A DNA stretch of 64,000 bases from Bacteroidota bacterium (lineage in GTDB: Bacteria; Bacteroidota; Bacteroidia; Bacteroidales; WCHB1-69). Each line of letters starts with the position of its first letter. The stretch's first letter is position 1. Below the pieces are notes generated by a model, which had not been told where the DNA came from, ran no database searches, and saw only the letters and a list, made by a program, of their open reading frames with translations. Made by a program: the position numbers and the translations under genes. Below are positions 59,768 to 64,000 of this stretch, piece after piece. The stretch spans positions 3,116-67,115 of the forward strand of contig JBAXTE010000022.1 in NCBI GenBank assembly GCA_037130365.1, in the 5' to 3' direction.

Positions 59768-59802
59768 GAATAGGCGAAATCCGAAAAGCTTTATGAGTAG
59801 GA
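59768..59802 (+). promoter_or_regulatory. Repeated 5' leader motif, copy 2
   Basis: aggcgaaatccgaaaagctttatgagtagga ending 24 nt before the ATG. Confidence 0.6.
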
Positions 59803-59826
59803 GCAAATTAAAACAATGTATAAAAA

Positions 59827-60513
59827 ATGAAAAAAACAAAGTCAATCATTGCATTAATGGCAATTTCAATGGTGCTTTTTTCTTGTGGAAACAAATCAGG
59901 AGAAAAAAAAACTGAACAAAAAGATTCAATAGCAACAACTACTGAAAAAAAACCCGAAGTTAATCCAAATGAGGTTAAAATTGGAAATCAGACTTGGGCT
60001 GTGAAGAATTTAAATGTAAGTACTTTTAGCAATGGAGATCCAATACCAGAAGCAAAAACGGTTAAAGAATTTGAAGCGGCAGGAAACAAAGGAAAACCAA
60101 TGAGCTATTTTTCAAAAAATGACCCAGTTAATGGTGATAAATATGGTAAAATTTATAATTGGTATGCTGCAACTGATCCAAGAGGAATTGCTCCAAAAGG
60201 ATGGCATGTTCCATCAGAGGGTGAATGGAATGAATTAATTAATTTCTTAGGGGGAGAAGACGAAGCGGCAAAAAAAATAATGAGTGCCAGTGTTGAAGGT
60301 GGCGGAAATTCAAGTGGATTTTCAGCTATTGAAACTCCTGATATTCAAGGCACTTTAGGTGATAACGGTGATGTTTATTATTTACGTTGGTGGACAACTA
60401 GTGAACAGAGCAAAAATAACGGACAAACTTCATTTATTCAAAATCATAGATCCATTATTACATCATGGTTGCGCAAAGAAAATGGCATCTTTATCCGTTG
60501 TATTAAAGATTAA
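59827..60513 (+). CDS. FISUMP (Fibrobacter succinogenes major paralogous) domain lipoprotein
   Basis: Lipobox VLFSC; VKIGNQTWAVKNL, YGKIYNWYAA, PKGWHVPS, IRCIKD. Confidence 0.9.
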   Translation: MKKTKSIIALMAISMVLFSCGNKSGEKKTEQKDSIATTTEKKPEVNPNEVKIGNQTWAVKNLNVSTFSNGDPIPEAKTVKEFEAAGNKGKPMSYFSKNDPVNGDKYGKIYNWYAATDPRGIAPKGWHVPSEGEWNELINFLGGEDEAAKKIMSASVEGGGNSSGFSAIETPDIQGTLGDNGDVYYLRWWTTSEQSKNNGQTSFIQNHRSIITSWLRKENGIFIRCIKD

Positions 60514-60566
60514 CCATTTTATATTTGGAAAGATTTGATCGCTAAAATAAATAATAGCTATTACAA

Positions 60567-60599
60567 AAAAAATGCTCAGTATTACACTGGGCATTTTTT
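60567..60599 (+). terminator. Intrinsic terminator (possibly bidirectional)
   Basis: aaaaaatgctcagt-attac-actgggcatttttt. Confidence 0.75.
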
Positions 60600-60641
60600 G
60601 TTTTTAATATTTAATATATAGAATTAAAATAATGCACAAAT

Positions 60642-60812
60642 ATGAGATCTCTAAAAAATTACATCAAACAAAAGCAAAAAAACAATAAGGAAACGGGGCT
60701 GATTACGATTAATAATTTTGCTGACGAAAACACAGAATATTTAACTCTTTCAACATTTGATGAATGGATAAATAAAAATAAGTTAAGCAAAAAAGAAATT
60801 AAATTACTGTGA
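60642..60812 (+). CDS. 56-aa hypothetical protein (below ORF-track cutoff)
   Basis: MRSLKNYIKQKQKNNKETGLITINNFADENTEYLTLSTFDEWINKNKLSKKEIKLL; GTGA overlap with the next ORF. Confidence 0.45.
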   Translation: MRSLKNYIKQKQKNNKETGLITINNFADENTEYLTLSTFDEWINKNKLSKKEIKLL

Positions 60813-61294
60813 AAAAACAAAAAGCCCAATGTTGGTTATCAAGAAGACAAAAACTGAAGATGATTTCAAAATCTTATAATGAAAATATCGAACATTTTAC
60901 GCCATCATATTTAAATTCACTAAACAAAGAATGGAGAATGTTCTATTTTAGTTATAAATGGGTAAAACACGTAAAAGAGTCACTAAAAGTTAAATATTCA
61001 GGGGTAGGAGATAATAAATATAGGTTGAGACAACATAATTATCGAGTTTTTGTAACATCTTTTTATTTAAATAAATACAATTTGACAATTGCTATTGTAA
61101 TCGAAAACATTGAGAATAAAGCATTTGAAATATTCAACGAATACTCCGATCAAATTGGTAAAGGTGAGCATTATTTTCATGTGAGACAACGCAACGGTTT
61201 TCTCGATCAGGAGACTTTTGAAATTTTTCAAAAATTTGAATTTGAACATTTAAATAAAATCCGAAAAAATAAACTTCAACGATTGTTAGAATAG
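60809..61294 (+). CDS. Hypothetical protein
   Basis: 161-aa ORF, no recognisable motif. Confidence 0.6.
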   Translation: MKKQKAQCWLSRRQKLKMISKSYNENIEHFTPSYLNSLNKEWRMFYFSYKWVKHVKESLKVKYSGVGDNKYRLRQHNYRVFVTSFYLNKYNLTIAIVIENIENKAFEIFNEYSDQIGKGEHYFHVRQRNGFLDQETFEIFQKFEFEHLNKIRKNKLQRLLE

Positions 61295-61333
61295 TTAAAG
61301 GTTTCAGTAATCATTTTTTAGGATGAATAACAA

Positions 61334-61362
61334 AATGTATAATAATATCATTATTATACATT
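61334..61362. other. Perfect 13-bp inverted repeat, candidate recombination or operator site
   Basis: aatgtataataat-atc-attattatacatt, 140 bp upstream of a recombinase gene. Confidence 0.5.
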
Positions 61363-61501
61363 ATTTGTTTATATTATTGATATTCAGCTGTATGTCTATA
61401 TTTTTTGAGACCCCATTCAAAATATATGTATATTAATATATCAATTTATTTGTTATTATACATATTTTTGCTTATATTTACACTAATCAAAAAAACATAG
61501 T

Positions 61502-62077
61502 ATGAATAATACAAGTGATTATATAGAATATGATGTTGCTTTAAAAAAAGGAATATCATTATTAAAAGATCCCAGAAAATGTGTAGTTGGATTTTATATT
61601 ACACTTTCAATAAATGCGGGATTGCGGGCAAGTGACTTATTAAAACTAAAATTTTCAGATTTAAATGACTTAAAAGAAAATGACTGTTTATTGATCGAAG
61701 AAAAAAAGACAAAGAAAAAAAGAAGAATTACAATTAACAAACATGTTGAGTATTCATATTTGACTTTAGTTTCTGAATTAAAAAAACAAAATAAATATAA
61801 AGAAGATGACTATATTTTCAAAAGTCAAAAAAACACTATCTACTCTACTGTGTCGATTAATAGATTATTGAAAGAAGTATTCAAAATCAAAAAATTAAAC
61901 ATATCAAGCCACTCTCTTAGAAAGAGTTTCGGTCGAAAAATATATGATAATAACAATCAGACAGAGCATTCCTTGGTGCTCTTGAGTGATATTTTTGGGC
62001 ATTCCAATTTGTCAATAACAAGACGTTATCTGGGACTTCGGGAAGAAGAAATAGAAAATGTTTATTTGTCTTTATAG
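61502..62077 (+). CDS. Small catalytic-domain-only tyrosine recombinase
   Basis: NAGLRASDLL, SSHSLRKSFG, FGHSN..TRRY. Confidence 0.92.
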   Translation: MNNTSDYIEYDVALKKGISLLKDPRKCVVGFYITLSINAGLRASDLLKLKFSDLNDLKENDCLLIEEKKTKKKRRITINKHVEYSYLTLVSELKKQNKYKEDDYIFKSQKNTIYSTVSINRLLKEVFKIKKLNISSHSLRKSFGRKIYDNNNQTEHSLVLLSDIFGHSNLSITRRYLGLREEEIENVYLSL

Positions 62078-62150
62078 CTCCCTTATAGAAAGAAATTTAA
62101 TATGTCTGAATTGCTCATAGTGGTGGAAATCCTATAAGGTTTATTCGCTC

Positions 62151-62783
62151 TTATCCCCAGATCAGGTCAATCAAATCATCCTTATACCTTTTGTGGACCA
62201 GGTAATAAAAATTCGTTTTCAAACTAATCTCTCCTGTTGACATCAAAGCGGAATTTAAACATTGATTTGAATAGTTTAAAGCCTCAACTTTTTTAAATAG
62301 TTTTTGATCCAATTGAAAATAATCTTCTTTTAATTGGCTAATATCAGTTTTTGCTTTTGCATCCAATTCAAAATACATTTTATTTAAATCCTGAAATTTG
62401 ACAGTCAAGTCAATAATGCCAGAATCATATATAAATTCTATTTTCCGGTCTGTAGGAAAGACTATAAACTCCTTATCGAATAGATTAATTGGTTCCGGTT
62501 CATGAAGTAAATTACGTGAATAACAGAAGCAACCATTGCGGATTTTCCATTTGAATTGATCAAAAAAACAATCATTGATAAAATTGTGTATTCGGGGATT
62601 CATCCCCCTTGGCATTCTGTTATTTAAAGCATTACTATGATCAAAACCGTCATCATATTTATAATTTCTTTTATTAACCTTTCGGACAAGCATATATCCT
62701 TTTTCACATTTTGATAATTCTTTAATATACGTGCTGCATTCTTTTTCTATTACAATTTTTAATTTTGCCCAATTCTTTTTCAT
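62151..62783 (-). CDS. Hypothetical, phage-like protein with possible ADP-ribosyltransferase fold
   Basis: LVRK...RMPRG..IHNFIND.F..QFKWKIRNGCFC...FIVFP...GEI. Confidence 0.35.
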   Translation of the reverse strand: MKKNWAKLKIVIEKECSTYIKELSKCEKGYMLVRKVNKRNYKYDDGFDHSNALNNRMPRGMNPRIHNFINDCFFDQFKWKIRNGCFCYSRNLLHEPEPINLFDKEFIVFPTDRKIEFIYDSGIIDLTVKFQDLNKMYFELDAKAKTDISQLKEDYFQLDQKLFKKVEALNYSNQCLNSALMSTGEISLKTNFYYLVHKRYKDDLIDLIWG

Positions 62784-62802
62784 TTATTTTTATTTTTTGC
62801 AA

Positions 62803-64000
62803 TTAAAATAGCTGATTTTCAGAGTCATCATCATCATTGAGAAATGGGAATTTATAACGATGAGAGACTATTTTTAATAATTGATTGTCGAAGAAATATG
62901 GGTTCAAAATAATACTACTTGATATTTTAAAATCAGTTTTAAATTCGAAATTAGACCCACATTTGATTAAATTTTTTTCAATTTTTTTCATTAGCTCCCA
63001 TCGTTTGTCTACAAATATTTTTGCATCTTTCCGGCTTTCTTGTAAAACTTCAAAAAACCGCTCTTGGAATAGAATTGCTTCTTCAACAACATCAATTATT
63101 GGAATTTGTGAAATTTTCTCAAAATATTTATTTGTCATATCTGATGAGAGCCATAAGTACTTGGTAACGTAGTCTTTAATATAATAATCATCAAAACCCA
63201 TAAATTCTGGGATCAAACCTTCATATTCTGATAACAACTTGCAGTAATCATCATTATTTTTAATATAATAATCAGCTTTTTGAATTTGTATTTCAATATA
63301 CATTTTCGAAAAGTCTAGTATTTTTTGTTCAATATTTAGATATTGATAGGCGTAGTTTACCGCCTTACACTCGTTGTATGTCAGTATAGATTGGTTTTCT
63401 ACAGTAGTTTTAAAAAGATCTATTATTGATGCTTTAGCTAATTCTTGATTCTCTAGTGTTTCATTGTAAAATTTGACTAAATCATATATTGAGTTGATCT
63501 TGATGGGAGAAGGTCTTTCACATATAAAGTCCGGTAACTTGTTTTTTATATTTTGCTCGCTTTCAAGAAATGTCAACAAATTATCTCTGTATTTATTGAC
63601 ATAATTTTTTCGGGAAATGAGGCTGTAAAAATCAAAAGATTGATGTTGGCTTTTTTCAAATATAAAGCTTTTCGACTCAAGGATAAAGCAAATTTTCAAA
63701 TAAATCTCTTCAATGTTTGCAATTGAGAAATTTGAAAAAGATTGTTGTAAATTCATAAAATCACAGGGAATTTTTAGTTCAAGATCAATCCCAGGGCAAT
63801 ACTTTAAATATTCAATATATTTAATCAACTCATCTTTACTCTGAATCATAACTTGCGAAAATTCCAACTCTGAAAATTGAAGAGCAACGTTTGTTATATC
63901 TAAATCTTCTCTACGTATGCATTTTACGTAGTAATGCAATTCCTTTTCGCTTTCTAATGAAATGACACCGAAAATTTTCTCTAAATCATCTTTATCATAT
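62803..64000 (-). CDS. Hypothetical protein, 5'-truncated by window end
   Basis: Frame stays open upstream of 63939 (YDKDDLEKIFGVISLESEKEL...) to the window edge. Confidence 0.65.
   Translation of the reverse strand, partial: YDKDDLEKIFGVISLESEKELHYYVKCIRREDLDITNVALQFSELEFSQVMIQSKDELIKYIEYLKYCPGIDLELKIPCDFMNLQQSFSNFSIANIEEIYLKICFILESKSFIFEKSQHQSFDFYSLISRKNYVNKYRDNLLTFLESEQNIKNKLPDFICERPSPIKINSIYDLVKFYNETLENQELAKASIIDLFKTTVENQSILTYNECKAVNYAYQYLNIEQKILDFSKMYIEIQIQKADYYIKNNDDYCKLLSEYEGLIPEFMGFDDYYIKDYVTKYLWLSSDMTNKYFEKISQIPIIDVVEEAILFQERFFEVLQESRKDAKIFVDKRWELMKKIEKNLIKCGSNFEFKTDFKISSSIILNPYFFDNQLLKIVSHRYKFPFLNDDDDSENQLF

Larger units (their letters stand above)
23240..64000. mobile_element. Integrase-bordered genomic (defence) island; right end outside window
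   Basis: Abrupt switch from core genes to integrase, RM, Wadjet, nucleases, pseudogene debris and a second recombinase; host REP/MITE repeats not seen inside; left boundary approximate. Confidence 0.8.

Overview
AT-rich Bacteroidota (Bacteroidales-like) chromosomal segment in two parts. Positions 1 to ~23150 hold housekeeping and envelope genes: M23 peptidase, dxr, rseP, an outer-membrane barrel plus HhH-barrel pair, a TonB-dependent receptor, holA, amn, an S8 peptidase and T9SS cargo. Many intergenic gaps here contain REP/MITE-like palindromic repeats. From ~23240 to beyond the window end lies an integrase-bordered genomic island dominated by defence-type genes. It contains a type I RM locus with five cargo genes between hsdS and hsdR (Trypco2-like, DUF3644/HEPN, toxin-HTH pair, Schlafen/AlbA-ATPase), a small HUH Rep-like gene, a complete Wadjet (jetABCD), a second Schlafen/AlbA gene, a HEPN-like/HNH cluster, a LytTR two-component module with exported cargo, and a second tyrosine recombinase. 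The standout is a translationally coupled three-gene operon directly downstream of Wadjet (39998-42122): a graspetide precursor with three TxTxT..ExxDSD cores, an ATP-grasp ligase, and a 3-TM protein resembling Pycsar-type membrane effectors, with no transporter or peptidase. It is a candidate RiPP-based defence system. It sits in a run of degenerate attC-like repeats, which suggests a decayed gene-cassette array. Family names come from motif recognition by eye; no database searches were run.
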